A DNA stretch of 64,000 nt. Source: Dicyema japonicum (Eukaryota; Animalia; Dicyemida). Where the stretch lies: NCBI GenBank assembly GCA_011109175.1, contig RDEW01000042.1:254504-318503 (forward strand). Direction: 5' to 3'. The notes beneath the pieces were generated by a model. That model ran no database searches and had not been told where the DNA came from. It was given only the letters and a program-made list of their open reading frames with translations. The position numbers were made by a program, and so were the translations under genes. Positions 12,770-26,094 of this stretch are shown here, one piece after another (positions within the stretch are counted from its first letter, which is position 1; each line of letters starts with the position of its first letter).

Positions 12770-13845
12770 TAACGAATAAATTAACAATTAATTAATTAAG
12801 CGTATTTTGATCCAGATTGTTGGTAATCCCTCTTCTTCTCTTAAAAAGAGTGTGCCATAACCTCCCTGTTACTCCGCATCTCCACATCAGATTCAGTCAA
12901 ATATCTCCGTTTGAGTCCAGTGGGCTGTCTTCACGGCATGCCAGTTCCACAAGTTGGGAGGTAGCAGAGGCGTACTCTTCATCGTATACCTTCATCCCAT
13001 GCTTATGTTCAATGAGCATACTTTCGAGCGTTCTCTTCAGTACAACCGATTGGATGTAAGTCCTCGTTGATTCTTCAATAGATAATTTATCCATATGATT
13101 CTTGAAGCATCTTGAGACAACTCCATCCCATGTCAAAACCACTGGAATAATCTTCACTTGGCATTTTAGAGCAGCGAAAGTTCATTTGCTAGCAAGTCAT
13201 ATTTGTGAAGTTTCTCAACTTCAACTTGCTTTAGTCGGTCTTGTGAGGTAATCCCACTTCAATTAACGTTACTTCCTTCTTTATTTTGTCATACACGAAA
13301 ATATCAGGTTTATTGTATTGGACTTTTGTTTCTGTCAAAATCGACGAGTCAACTCTAATTTCGACATTTTGATTCGTCAATATTGACTGAACCGAATGTC
13401 CTTTCAATTTCCTGCTTCTTTTGATTCCATAAATTCGACAAAGATGAAGATGGATGCACTTTACCACTTCATTATGTCTTCGGAGATAATCACTATTTAG
13501 CATTTTTCCACACTGAGTGGCCAAATGATCAACAGTTTTCTTGCTTTTTTTACAATGGTTGCATAATGACCCTGTGTTGTGCAAAAAACAAATTCCTATC
13601 TTGCAAAAGACAAGTACAATGCTTCGCTCCGTGGGCCGTTATTTCCTTTGGATAACCATTCTGAGGAAGTATATAGGTCGACGTTTGTTTCATCAATACA
13701 TTTGAACATAATTGAGTGTAGTGTTCTGCAATAAATTTTATTTATGTATTTTTCTGAGTGTCCTTGAGGACTTAATATCCATGCTTTCCCTGTCGGCAAT
13801 TGCATATTTAGAGGCAAGAAATCCTGCGATTGTAGCAAGTGCCAA
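12770..13845 (-). mobile_element. 5'-truncated R4/Dong-like non-LTR retrotransposon (CCHC and RLE)
   Basis: CNHC..TVDHLATQC..DYLRRHNEVV..KPDIFVYDK..LIEVGIT..EKLHKYDLLA..IIPVVLTWDG across frameshifted ORFs. Confidence 0.85.
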
Positions 13846-13849
13846 AATA

Positions 13850-16265
13850 TTAAATAAATAAAATATCGTTAATATATTAATGATTCGAAAGATAATTCTA
13901 AAATAATAGGAAAATACATTGTAAGATTGTCTAATGATTGTGACATATTCTCTTAGATCCTTGATATTAGAAAGTGTAGCCAGAGTCTCAATTTTGCTGA
14001 AGACATTTTTAAGCATCATCATTGGGATGAATTTTTGTGCTACTTAATCACAAATGGTACGTTCATAGGAAATCATTCCAGAAAATTCCCAAATGGCCCA
14101 GACCATAGCCTTTGATCCAATTCTTCATTTAAAAGATTTACGAGCGAATCAATGATCTTATGTAAAATTGATATTTTACCGATAATATCCATCATATACA
14201 TGTTCCATTTCATCATTCCAACGTGAAGCAATTGTATTGAGAATATTTTCAGACAAGCATTGATTTTTTGTAACATGACAATCGCAAATCTCAAGTCCTC
14301 AGTGGAGTCACTCATTATGTTCGATAAACAATTGCTGATGGCGACATAAATGTCAGGCCAATAATCGATATGTACATATTCCCTATCAAAATTACTCAAA
14401 ATATACAATAAATAATAAATCAGTCTACTATTAATAACCAGAGGTCGAATTTTCTCGAATTTAGTTAGATTTTCAATAACATTAACAACTGGATATAAAA
14501 TGTGATCAGTTAAATCTACATCATTTTCAGGGAATTGTATAAAAAAGTCAGAATAAGATCAATCCCTCCCAATTCAACAAACAAAGTCGCATTTCTTTTG
14601 TTTGCATCTAACACATAATGTAAAACAAAATCACCTAGAAGATACCACAAATTCTCCAAGACATATTACAATACGGAAAGCTACTTCTTGCTTGAACTTT
14701 TTAATATGATTCACAATAAACTAAATTTAAATTAAAAAATTACCTCGATTGTTCCGCAGAATCCAAAATATGACAACATATCTATACTTTTACTCTTCAT
14801 TGTGGGATACATAACATCATGATTATCCGAGTATTCCTCAAAATGTGTTGTGAACATCCCTGACGAATGTTTGAGTAAAAAATGAAAAAGACAAAAACTA
14901 AAATGTGCAAGCGAAATACAAAATTTGATAATTCCCAAGGTTTTATTTCAATCATAATTGTATATAAATTATTTCTGAACTGAAATAATGAAAAATCGTA
15001 TTTACCTCATTATGATAACAATAAGATTTTAAAATAACAAGGATAGCTTCATAAATAAGGCTAAGTTAACATGAACTCGAACCATCTATAAGATTCAGAT
15101 GTGATCATTCCACTGATTTTGGCTTTTAAACAATACCTATCAAGTCAACGTACGCGATTACATTATTTGTTGAATAACCTTATTATTTTGTGATGTTTTC
15201 AACAAACGGCAGATAAACTAAAAAATAATTTCAAATACCCTCAAAAATCGGTTATAAAGAGAAGGCCGAATTTCAGTAACGCAGTCATTAATATATAGTA
15301 AAGTAGAAAAAAGCAGCCCATCCTTATGCTCAAAGTGAAAAATTGAATTAACCAAATCAATTAGCAGTAAATTTGATTCAATCTGCAATTAATAATAATA
15401 TCACATTGTTATTATTTTTAAAAAATTGAGATATTCTATGGAAGCAAAATGTGTCAATATTTTTTTTCAACAATTCTCTAAAGTATACTTAGTAAAATAC
15501 GGGTTTAATAATTCATAATCAATCGAAAATCCAGACAAATCAAAGAATTCTAAATTTTTTGCTAATTTTAACAAACGGTCTACAATCACAGCTTAGTTTA
15601 TGCACATTTTTACTGTTTGTATACGAAAAGTATCTTAATCTAACAAAATAAAAACCTTAGAGATCTGGGACTGGTGAGACTTTTGGAAAATTCTTCGAAA
15701 TTGGATATCAGAACATTGTCAAAATTAATTCTTTCTAGTTCTTTTATCAGTTTGACAGTGCAACAATAAATTTCAGTTAGACTAGTTATTTCAAGAAGAG
15801 AATCTGAAAAAGTTCAAGTGACCTAATTTCGCAGAATCCACTTTTAAATAGCAAATGAAGTAAAACTGGGTCATCATATTCTAAAAGAATGAAAGAATTG
15901 ACATTATTTGGAAAATACTTCAGATAAGGTGAATTCTCGGAAGATGTAATTTTAGCTAATTTGATATTCGTTAAATTTGGTAGGTTTTGGCACAAATTTG
16001 CTAGATCTTTAATGTCAATTTGATTATTGGATAAATCAAGGCGGAAAATGTTGCAGTATACTTTAGTGAGTTTGCTTAATATTGAGGAATCATGAATCAT
16101 TGATAATATCTTCTTTGAACTATGTTCTTTCAAATATTCTATTTCATAATGTATTCTTTTGCAAAACATCATCTTTGATTTTGAGCTTAATTTACCATAT
16201 TTCTCCATATCAATGTTTTTTCGAATTTCATTAATACAAAATGCATACAATGAATGAATTTCCAT
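13850..16265 (-). CDS. ZYG11/ZER1-like cullin-2 substrate adaptor (BC/VHL box, LRR, ARM-like); short introns, frameshifts, 3' end interrupted
   Basis: N-terminal SLYAFCINEI resembles the ZYG11 SLxxxCLxxL box; LRR LDLSNNQI; C-terminal IETLATLSNIKDLR resembles LGLLNNIAEV; short GT-AG introns, e.g. 22 nt near 15634-15655. Confidence 0.55.
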
Positions 16266-17030
16266 TATGTTTAAAAATAATTGATTTTATATTCAAAATA
16301 ATAATTCAACAATTAAATTAAATTAATCGAAATAATTACATTAAATTTATTTTGGCATACTGTAAATTTGTTTTATAAATCCAAATCCCCAGAAGGGTAT
16401 ATTAAGCGACGCTGAAAATGGCCAAATTTTTTACGTTTGTGCAAGGAGTAGGAAAACCCTTTAAGGGAAAGAGTGGTTCATTCTTTTTGATCGGTTTGAT
16501 GTTAAAATAAAGTTAGTTAAATGCACTTCCGCTCTAAAATAACCATATTTAATCTTACGATTCCTTTTGTCCTGAGCTCATAACAATCCTTCTGCCAGAT
16601 TTTCTCTTTTAACTTACTTCTTCTATTCATGCATAAAGTCTTTTGTTTAGTATTCGAATCGATTCCTCTGTCATTGAAGTTGAATTAGAGACTATAAGTT
16701 TCTTCATACAGACCAAGAGTACGCTAAAACATAAACATTATAGATTGATGTGAACCACTCAATCAACAGCTAGAAATAAAGTAATTTTAATTTTAAATAA
16801 AGTAACTTGAAATAAATAAAAATTTCCAAAATACATTCAAAATTATAAATTTAATTTACTGAGTGACTATTCGTCTATAGGAAGCATCTCACAATGAACA
16901 TTAAATTCCACGTGGCACTAATGATGGGACTTATTTTAAATATTATTATTATTACTTTTTGAAAAATAAAAGAATATAAAGAAAACTATTTTCTTTATTT
17001 TATTTTAAATAATTAAATTAATATACATAT

Positions 17031-17337
17031 GTGCTGCGTGGTTAATTGGCTAAAGTTTTCCGCTTGCTTGTCTGTTTCTCCTCTCTCTTCCTAATAGAGT
17101 GGCGTCATGTGATCCACCTGTCTAGGTGACGCCCAGTGCCAGGCCGGCACGAAAAAGGATCATTTGCTCTTCCCACTCCACTGGAGTGGTTTCCACAACT
17201 GCATGTAATGGACGTCTTACCTTTCATGTTGATTCCGGATGGACTCTGTTTCTGTTGGAAGTGGAAACTGGATACACTTAATTAGTTGTTTACTTTAACT
17301 TCTTTCTCGGTGTATCCGGGGTTAATAAATAAATAAA
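17031..17337 (+). mobile_element. SINE-like element family 2 (A-box-like head, LINE-derived 3' tail)
   Basis: Starts gtgctgcgtggttaattggctaaag; internal hairpins; tail shared with LINE 3' ends; (TAAA)n end. No clear B box seen. Confidence 0.55.
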
Positions 17338-17344
17338 TATACAT

Positions 17345-19100
17345 TGAACCGGGGCTAGAAGAAAGACAAAGTAAAGTCAATTGTCCTGAACATAATTCCT
17401 GAACATAAATTCAGATATTATTAACATATCTTAGATTTGATATCAAACATGTTGACCGGAATCAGGCTATTCACGTTGAATAAATTTTTGATTCTCAAAA
17501 ACGTTTCATAAATCTAGGGAAAGGGTTTTCTTAGAAAATTTATAACTTAGTAAGGGGATTGGGAAGAAAATTTCGGTGAAAGTTGAATCATATACAAGGG
17601 GAATGGTAAAAGATGTGACTTTCTCTGACAGTGGGAACTGGGTATACTTTAATTAGGCGTTAATTAACCCTTAATCTTTTTCCTGACGTTTCCAGGGCTA
17701 TTAAATGATGTCTTTTCAAAGGTTCCTTTATTAAAGATTTCAATAATAACGATTTCGTGCTTGAAACAAGGTGTTCTTGTGACTATTCATTTTTTTGCTT
17801 TGGCTAAATATACTTTGAAATGAACTCCCGTCAAAAATTATAAAAGATCCTTTGATGTCGATTCTCTATGAGATTTAATACTAAAATTGGTAGACTACAG
17901 TTATAGTGAGTATTTTGGGGTGTTGGAATGAGCAGAGGGAGTATCCATTAATTTTAAGGAGTTCGAAGACTCTAAACTGTAATGTTCTGGTCAGGCCGTG
18001 TACATTGAAGGAGCCAAGAATAATTCCACATCTCTGTGAGACAATAGAGAATTTTATTCCATAGAGCTACGTCATCAGCTCAACCATGTATATAATCGAT
18101 GTAAAACTCATGGAAAAGTTCAGATAGTTTTCATACGATCCGTTTGAAAGATAGTTAAGTATTTTATTAAATAATTTTTAGGCTTCCGCGAAATCCTTAT
18201 GGACCAAATAAAGGAAGTAATCATTAACAGTTTCCTCCAAATATCTCCAAATTTCTCGTCAGAGTTGCATATTAAGTCTTTTATCGACCTCCATTGGTCA
18301 GACATTTGGTGTGTCCAGAGACAGGTAAATCACATTCACTTAGGAACCGAAGAAGGAACTGATCGGTAGAAAATCCTTCGGTCAAGTAGTTATAGACGTG
18401 GGAATCAAGCTCACAGCTAATATCAACTCGATTGAGAGCAAATTTGGAAACTGAAACTTCAATTCGAGATTATGATGTGCTCATCCCTTAAATAAAAGTA
18501 AGCAACGATGGGATACAAAGTATAAATTAAATCATTAACCCAAAGTTGCTCATAATCAGTGCTCTGGCAAAGATCCGGAAACGCGCTTTTCAGTGATTTC
18601 GCTCGCAGAAATTCGCCACTTCTACGTTGCGTCTAAAGGAGATGCATGATTTCTAACTATAGGAGGATGAGTCCTATTCTTAACAAAAGAATCTTGTTGC
18701 TCTCATAGTTCTGTATGGAAAGGATTGACACGAGCTAATTCAATCCTTTCGGACCAAGTTCTTTTTTTGGCTGATGAGAGATTTTCTTTAGTACTTTTGA
18801 ATGTCAGTGTTCCTGCTTTTAGTGGATTTGTCCTACGGATGTTCTTGGTTTCAGTGGATTTAAACAGTGGAAAAAATGGATTGTTAGAGTCAAATGATTG
18901 TTAAAGATATTATAAACACCATAATTGAAGAGATCATAAAAGATCTTCTTTCTCTTGTGTAGGTCGTTGATAAGGGGTAGAGTTAAGAGACCGCTTAGCT
19001 TTATTTAACTTTAAATAATGGAGAACCCTGAGGAACGCTATTTGCTTTTAGTCTCGATGAGGAACATCGATTCCCGGACTATTATTTTACTTAAGAAACA
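17345..19100. mobile_element. Cluster of degraded LINE fragments
   Basis: Family-type 3' tail at 17630-17705; LKQGV motif near 17760; no intact ORF. Confidence 0.35.
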
Positions 19101-19639
19101 CTCCGTCTCCTATTACAACTAAAATCTCTTCTACGACTTCTCCCACTACAAATGAAGGTAAAATATTTTAATTCTATATTTAATCAATTTTTCTTTTTTA
19201 AAGATTCGAGCTTCACAAGTTTAACAAATGATTTTATTTCATAGCAAGCACTCAGGCGCGTAAGTTAGTTACTTCGTCAATATCTCGTCCATCCGAAGTA
19301 ACTATCTACTGCTTAGTTGGATTTTAGTTAACATACTAATTTAATTTAAATTAACAGATATCAACTTGGCACATTATTTCCACTATTAAAACTAGTGAAT
19401 GATATATCAATTAAATATACGAAATTAAGGAGATTTTAGAGTAATCACTGAGAAATTTTATTAACACTTTCGGAAATTGGTTGAAACAGTCAAATAAGTA
19501 CCTAATTGTAGTTGAAAACAGCAATGTCGAGAAGAAATAGAGCAATGAAAGACTAACATTTTGACAAGCTAGCATTTTGCGTCATTTGGTTCACATTTCT
19601 GGTAGAGTCTGATATAATCATAAATTAAATCCAAAAGGA

Positions 19640-21390
19640 TCATGAATATGTGTCCTGTACCAAAGATACAATGCTGAATTCAAAAGCATATGAGTTGATA
19701 TTTTTGGTGTCTTTGACACTGTCGACAGAATACTACGGCTTTATGTTATTCAAAGTTTGCTTAAAGACTGCACAAGAATAATTCGTTTCTTACTTTCTGA
19801 GACTCAATTTAATTTTTTATGGCCAGGACATTTACTCATTTTGGAAATAAACTGTTTTTGAACGTCAACCAAGACATAATCAAGTTTATAACAATTACTA
19901 AAGAACATGAGTATGATGAAGAAGATTGGAAGAATTAAAAAGAAAATTGGGATCTATACTTGTAGAAAGTAAAAGTCATAGTGGAAGCAAAAAGAGAGAT
20001 AAGTGACTCAGTACTGAAGAAATGTATACACTATCCTGCCTCATTGTCAATGATTTTCACAGTCTCTGTCAAATAAAAAACCTGCTACAAGGAATCTTAT
20101 TTTAAAGTTATGTTCCGATACTTCGATCGGATCGCTTTCCAGGATCTCTCACAATAACTACAGGTACCGATGTTGTTCAAACTTAAATAGTCCTTTAAAT
20201 ATATCTTTGATTTTAGAATTTATCTCTCATGTCTTAATGGAAAAAAAATCTTTTTATTATTGACATATGTAAATAGGTAGACTGTGCATCACATAGTTCG
20301 GTTTATGAGTTGGCAGTCAATTTCTAGTAAGGCAAGCGGATTTACGTGCGTTTAACATTTCAGAACTACGCAAGGAGTATCTAGATCATTTGTAGTATTT
20401 CAATATGGGTTGACTGAGATCCATCTCTATTTTCCATAATTATCGCTTGGAAACATGAAACGTTTATTACACAAAGGAGCACTTGCTTTTCAGAAATCAG
20501 AGAGAATTCAGTCAGTAGTCTCAAACAGACCCAGAACATCGCTGTTTCGGAAGATTGATTAATACTGCCTTTAATCGGAAGATGGACAGGCAAAATTATA
20601 TCTTTTCGTCCCTTTAGTCTTTTATGAATTTAATCGACATTCATCAAAGACGGCAGACACTTGCTAAACTCATTCCTCTTGTTTTCCTTCCGTGCTGTAA
20701 ATAAATTTATTGCTCAACAAAGATAAATAAATGCTTAAGGAAACTCTTCACCTGTTACGCCTAAAATTAATATTATGAATTGTATGGAAATATTCCATGA
20801 AATAAAATCATTTCGCTTTACCAGTGAGAAGAATCTGACTAAATGCCTTTGGAATTATCCTTTCAAAACCTTTAGTATGGTGACCAAATATACCAATTTC
20901 CTTATAGTGATGTCTTCGGATTGATCAAGAATCGATCCAGGTTTTCGGTGCTGTGTGATTCTATCAGCTTGATCTCGACATATCCATCTTCGAAGCATTC
21001 ATTAATTTAGATCAATTAGCTTGCGGTCTGGTGCTATTTCCATCAGACGTCTTAGTGCATCTTTATTGCTAAATACAATCAACATCATCGTCGTAAACAA
21101 TTTCCATAATATTGTCACTGTAATACTTCCGGAGATCTCGTAGAAAATATTCAAAGTATACAGCGAACAATACTGTAGATTGTGAGTCTCCTGAGGTATG
21201 TTATCGTTGTTACGATTTCTTGCAACATAAATATTCCAATGCGGACTCACAACACTGCGTTTGATGGGATTATCTGTAATAGGTGACCGAGGCTTTATAA
21301 AAGAAGCTTCCAATACTTCAATAAGTATTCCTCGACGGACACTGTCGGAAGCTCTGGTGAGATTAATTCCAGAATAGTCATTGAAAATAA
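19640..21390. mobile_element. RTE-like relics on both strands
   Basis: FDTVDR and EEDWK..KLGSIL remnants on +; degenerate ORFs on -. Confidence 0.35.
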
Positions 21391-21449
21391 ACAATTGAAT
21401 CTATGGAATATGTTTTTTTAATTGTTTATTTTGGTCTTTAAAACTGACG

Positions 21450-21990
21450 ATGATTGAAAACGTTTGAATGTATACAGAACTATGCTTTCTGTCGCCGCTT
21501 ATATGTGTTCTTTGTTTAAAGGTTTTTCCTACAACAAAGATTATGTGTTTTTTTGGAGATTACAAGTTTCTAAATTATAGTCGACCTCTCTAATTTAGTG
21601 GATTTTCGAAGATGTAGGAACATATAAGTGGTAGATGAACATCTGACTGTGAATGTAATCGCTTCTTCTGGTTCTTCCATTTGTGTCGTATTTATGTTCT
21701 GTTACATAAAGTTTATTTACTTAGGTGACGCACTAAAGCGAGCCGTGACTACTGAAGGGTACCCTGATCATGTAGCTGTCAATGCCTGCACGTCTACAAT
21801 GTTGAATGCAGCCAATTTATTAATGGAAAATAACTATGATGCACAAAAACTTATTCAGTCTATCAAAGTACCAAAGGGGACCACGGAGGCTGGGTTAAAT
21901 GTATTGGATGAAAGGGAATTCAATGATTTAATTGATAAATGCGTAAATGCTATGAATACAAAGAATGATGAAATCTCTAAATTAACATAA
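21450..21990 (+). CDS. Pyrroline-5-carboxylate reductase-like protein, C-terminal half only
   Basis: VDEHL..SSGSS..DALKRAV..EGYP..AANLL..LIQSIKVPKGTTEAGLNVLD matches the P5CR dimerisation domain; 24-nt intron 21701-21724; upstream exons frameshifted; Rossmann N-terminus not found. Confidence 0.75.
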
Positions 21991-22404
21991 TTTTTTTGTT
22001 TTTTGTTAACGCTTACTTACATCTTAGTTATTTTTATTAATAAATATTAATTACTATTTTTACAACATTTTAAAGACCAGAAATCAACATTACAAGAAAT
22101 GACCATAGTAGTAATTATTCACTGTATCAGTATTATTAGCTACACAAATTTATAATTCTACGTGGTGTGACTATAACACAAATTTTCAATCTCTCAATAA
22201 ACGAGAACAAGATTCCGTCAATGTGGAAGAATCAAAAGAAATGCGAGTTCCGCCATAAATAAAATTGTATGATTCCTTCATCCAAATTATAAGACAATTT
22301 TAATACTTGGAGTCATCATGAATCCTCTTCTCTCATTCATTCATCAGGTGGACCTGGTAAACGCAAAGATCCAAGAGACAATTGTAATTCTCAAGGCCAT
22401 TACG

Positions 22405-22600
22405 CACTCCCCAAAATCTTCCCGCCCATCGTAGAGCTTCTATACAAACAGTTTGTTCTACCTGTATCGAGTATGTCTGTGTTGCATGGATTGCCCCTTT
22501 ATAGTGATAAAGGACAGAGCAAGCTGGAAGTTTTACAAAACCGATGTCCCATAATACTATTGAGATTGTCGTTACTAAGCCGAGATTACCTGATAATGAT
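22405..22600 (+). mobile_element. LINE ORF2 C-terminal fragment
   Basis: LLYKQFVLP..KLEVLQNRC; nucleotide-similar to 28905-29060. Confidence 0.6.
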
Positions 22601-23058
22601 TTCCTTTTAATTATTGTTTATCTGGTGATTTTTGGCTCATTAATATAATATTAGATTTCTGGGAACAATTATATCTTTCCAAGTTTCACAAATTGTTTAA
22701 TTGCTGCTGACATTATTCACATGGTCTCGCAGTTAATAATGGCCTTCACTCCCATTAAGATTGATCTTTTTTAATATGCCGGTAAATCAAATCGATTTAT
22801 GCGGACGAATTGAATCTTTGTCTGAAATTAACAAACAAATTACATACTCACATTACAGACACCTACCAAATGACTCTCCCCAATGTCCTGTTTTCTGTCC
22901 AATTTTAATGGATGTATCGACAGTAATTGAGACTAGGAATATAAAGAATTTTTCACGTATGAAGTAACCTGGGTTTTCAACAAAAAAACGTATGTTGTCT
23001 ATTAGGATAACCACGACTCATATCCGTGTTAATTAATTTTTATTATTATTATTATAAG

Positions 23059-26000
23059 GAAAAAGGAAAAAGAATAGTTAATTTTAATTCAGCTGTTGGA
23101 AGATGCACAAGCTATTCCCACGGACAACAGCCAACGAGAGCCTCTCCTTGAGCCATCTCGTCTCACGAAGATCACCAGTTTTGTCAGTTAGTAGTTTTCC
23201 AAATGGTTCAGGAACTTCAGCGTTTTAGGGCCAAAGTTCCCCGAAGTTTCAATCGCGACAGGTGCGAAAATGTACCTGTCGCTGATATCCGAATATTTAG
23301 CATTTTTACTTCCTCTGCTTGAGAAGAAGGTCTGCCCGGTGAATTATTTTTTTTGCTTGGGGCGAAAGAGCAGACACAGGTCACATCCCATACAAGGTTT
23401 CGCCCTCGCTCAAAAGGAAAGGAGGTCATGCCGTCAGGGCGTCTTCCGTTGTCAAATAGACCAGTCGGTTCGATCCGGCAACGGAATCCAGCCGATTCTA
23501 ATGCCCTCTTAATGATGCCGTTCATTGCCGAATGTCGAGAAGATCTGCCAATTCCGCTCCGGCATGAGAGGAGGTGGAGACCCAGTTCGTCCGATAGACA
23601 GCCACATTTGCACTTCGATTTGGTGCAAACAGGCAATCCGAGGTGTAGACATACAGCTGTACGAAGTGAGTCATCATCCAACAATCCACCAACTTCTTGA
23701 CATGGGTAAACCCCAAGCCAAGATCCATCAACCGCCTCCCTCGAATTTTGGAAACATCCAGGCGATGTCCAGAGAGCCGGCTGACTAGGTTGGATGCCAG
23801 AGCATTCCATCTATGGATCATCCAAGACGATTGTTGGTCTGGATTACGCGGCTCGCTAAGCCCTTCACTCCGCCACACGTCCATGTATTCAACCAAGTCA
23901 TTGGACAGTTTCCGAGATGGAAGCTTTGAAAGAATTGAGTCCACTTGGTTTTTGCATGAAAGTTTTGAGGCAAAATACGCCGGGCCAGCAATTTGGCAGG
24001 GAGTAGTAAGACCGATTCCACCCAATGATATCGGTAATTGAGTCTGTATCCATCCAGGGGTGTCAAGAGAAACGTTAAGTACGAATTCAGTACATCTTTT
24101 GAGGCAATCAGAGTATTCCATTAAAAGGGAATCACACTTATAACATGGTGCAGTCCTTAGTAAATAGTTTAATCTTGGAATGGACAAGCAGTTTCTCAAT
24201 AGGAAGAGGGCAATATGGTTGTCAACATGCCGCAAACGGGTCTCAAAAGTACCGAGCTCTATTGTCCTTTCTTTAAACACGTCCACAATTGGTCTTCGAA
24301 TATAGAGAAGGAGAACCAAGGAACAGAGACCCCCAACTGGAACCGATGCATAATTTTCGAGAGTGTATTTAAACTGGTCATTGTAGAAAGTAGTCAGATC
24401 GGGACTCAAATTGATCTTGATTAATTCACATTTGGCCTTGTTGACAGAAAGGCCAATCGCTTCGAATTCAGATATCAAACGACGCACGTCCTCCAAAACT
24501 GTATCTGGATGTCCACCAATGATTCCGTCATCCAAATACCATAAATTTAAAGGTGATTTTAAGCATGCGGCTACTCCATGGATCCCCAAAGCAAAGAGAA
24601 GAGGTCCAAGTGGGTCGCCTTGTTGAACACCAGTTCGTGATTTAATGATGGCATCGTGGAAAACCAATGATGATGGATTAGAATATGAAAGGCGAACAAT
24701 CTCCCAAATATGTGGTAAATTTTTTTGGCATAACTCCAATAAATGATCTCTCCTTATGGAATTAAATGCGTTCTTAAGATCTACTTTGCAGACAACAACG
24801 TCCTCTTTGCATTGGACGACGACGTGAAAAAACTCCTCACTGCGTGGACACAAGCCTCTGCACCGCCACGAACTAACGCCCATCTGTATAGGACTGAAAT
24901 AGGAAGTAATCTTTGAACCCCAGAAAAGCAAGCGACTTTAGCTGCAAGTCTCCTAAACACGTTTCCAATAGCAATCGGTCTGACACCGCCGTCAGGCTTT
25001 CGGAGAGCAACAAGATTAGCAGAAAATAACATATCTCGACCGAAAGGAGACAAACATCCAGAAAGAATTTTGTTGATCAGTTCGCAAATAACATTCGAAA
25101 GATCCTTTCCGACAGATCCCATCATTGGAGCTGTGAGATCACGTAGGTGACCGGGTCTCAAGCCATCGATACCACCTCCACTACTAGGACGAAATGAACG
25201 CAGGGAGGTGATTATATCTTCGTTAGAGGCGAGCAATTGTTCCTCGTGGAAAGGTTTTATAGTTCTCAAGTCTTCGGGGGATCCGGGGTGTTTTTCTCGT
25301 AAAGACATGAGCGTTTCAGGGTGTTTTTAAGTGTCCCAGGATCACAAACTAATAGCCGTACAGCACCACGAATATCGCCTTCCATAAGTTTCATCCTGAT
25401 TAGTTTCTTTATTAAGCGAAGTTCCTCCGTTTTCGGACGCTTTGAACTCCGGGGTGCAATTTGAGTTGATTTTAAAGCAGTAAGTGACATTTTATGTTCA
25501 TTTAGAAACAGTCTAACTCTCTTTTTGATATTCGTTGCGAGAGAAGTGGATGCTTCGTTGGTCTTCTGATCCCAAGAGTGAGTGACGGGAAAAGGAAAAA
25601 TTTGACCCATTCCGAAGAAACGGCGTCAGGCTTCAAAACATCCTTGATGGTGGAGATCAGAGCCTCGGCAACAGCAGTTCTCGCACCTTTGGGAATCTTC
25701 ACAGGAATGGTCACGTCCGAGCGCGTTCGAGAGATCAGTTTCAGAGCTTCATCAGGATCTGCTACGAGAGTAGGGTCAAACGGTTCAATGCAAGCAGTTT
25801 GATTGGAGTAAGAAAAAGCAGTACCAGATGAAAGGCATGGTTGGCAGTTCCATTTTGTCATATTGATAAGAGCCTTCTTGGACACTCCTACGCAAGACCT
25901 GTGATACCATCTTGAACATGCTGCACAAGCGATCATCCTTTTTCTCATATTAGTTACGTTGCACTTTTCACATGGATAGGTGTTTTCCTTCCTTTCTTCA

Positions 26001-26070
26001 TTAGTCTTCATTGTTGTGTCTGTATTTTTCGTAACAACCAAGTCGACAACACAACACCACACCACGTTTT
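23059..26070 (-). mobile_element. Near full-length CRE-like non-LTR retrotransposon: PHD finger, RT, CCHC, RLE (frameshifted)
   Basis: PHD at 25835-25978; RT motifs GGIDGLRP, KPDGGVRPIAIG, KVDLKNAFNS, GVQQGDPLGP, WYLDDG; CKCG..H..SC..RH; RRPDGMT..WDVTC; ends AVVRGNS; possible TSD tattattataag at 23047-23058 and 26083-26094. Confidence 0.92.
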
Positions 26071-26094
26071 ATAAAATTATTATATTATTATAAG

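Noticed and set aside
23270-25802. Several plus-strand ORFs of 70-115 aa
   Set aside because: Antisense shadows of the GC-richer CRE ORF; no independent motifs
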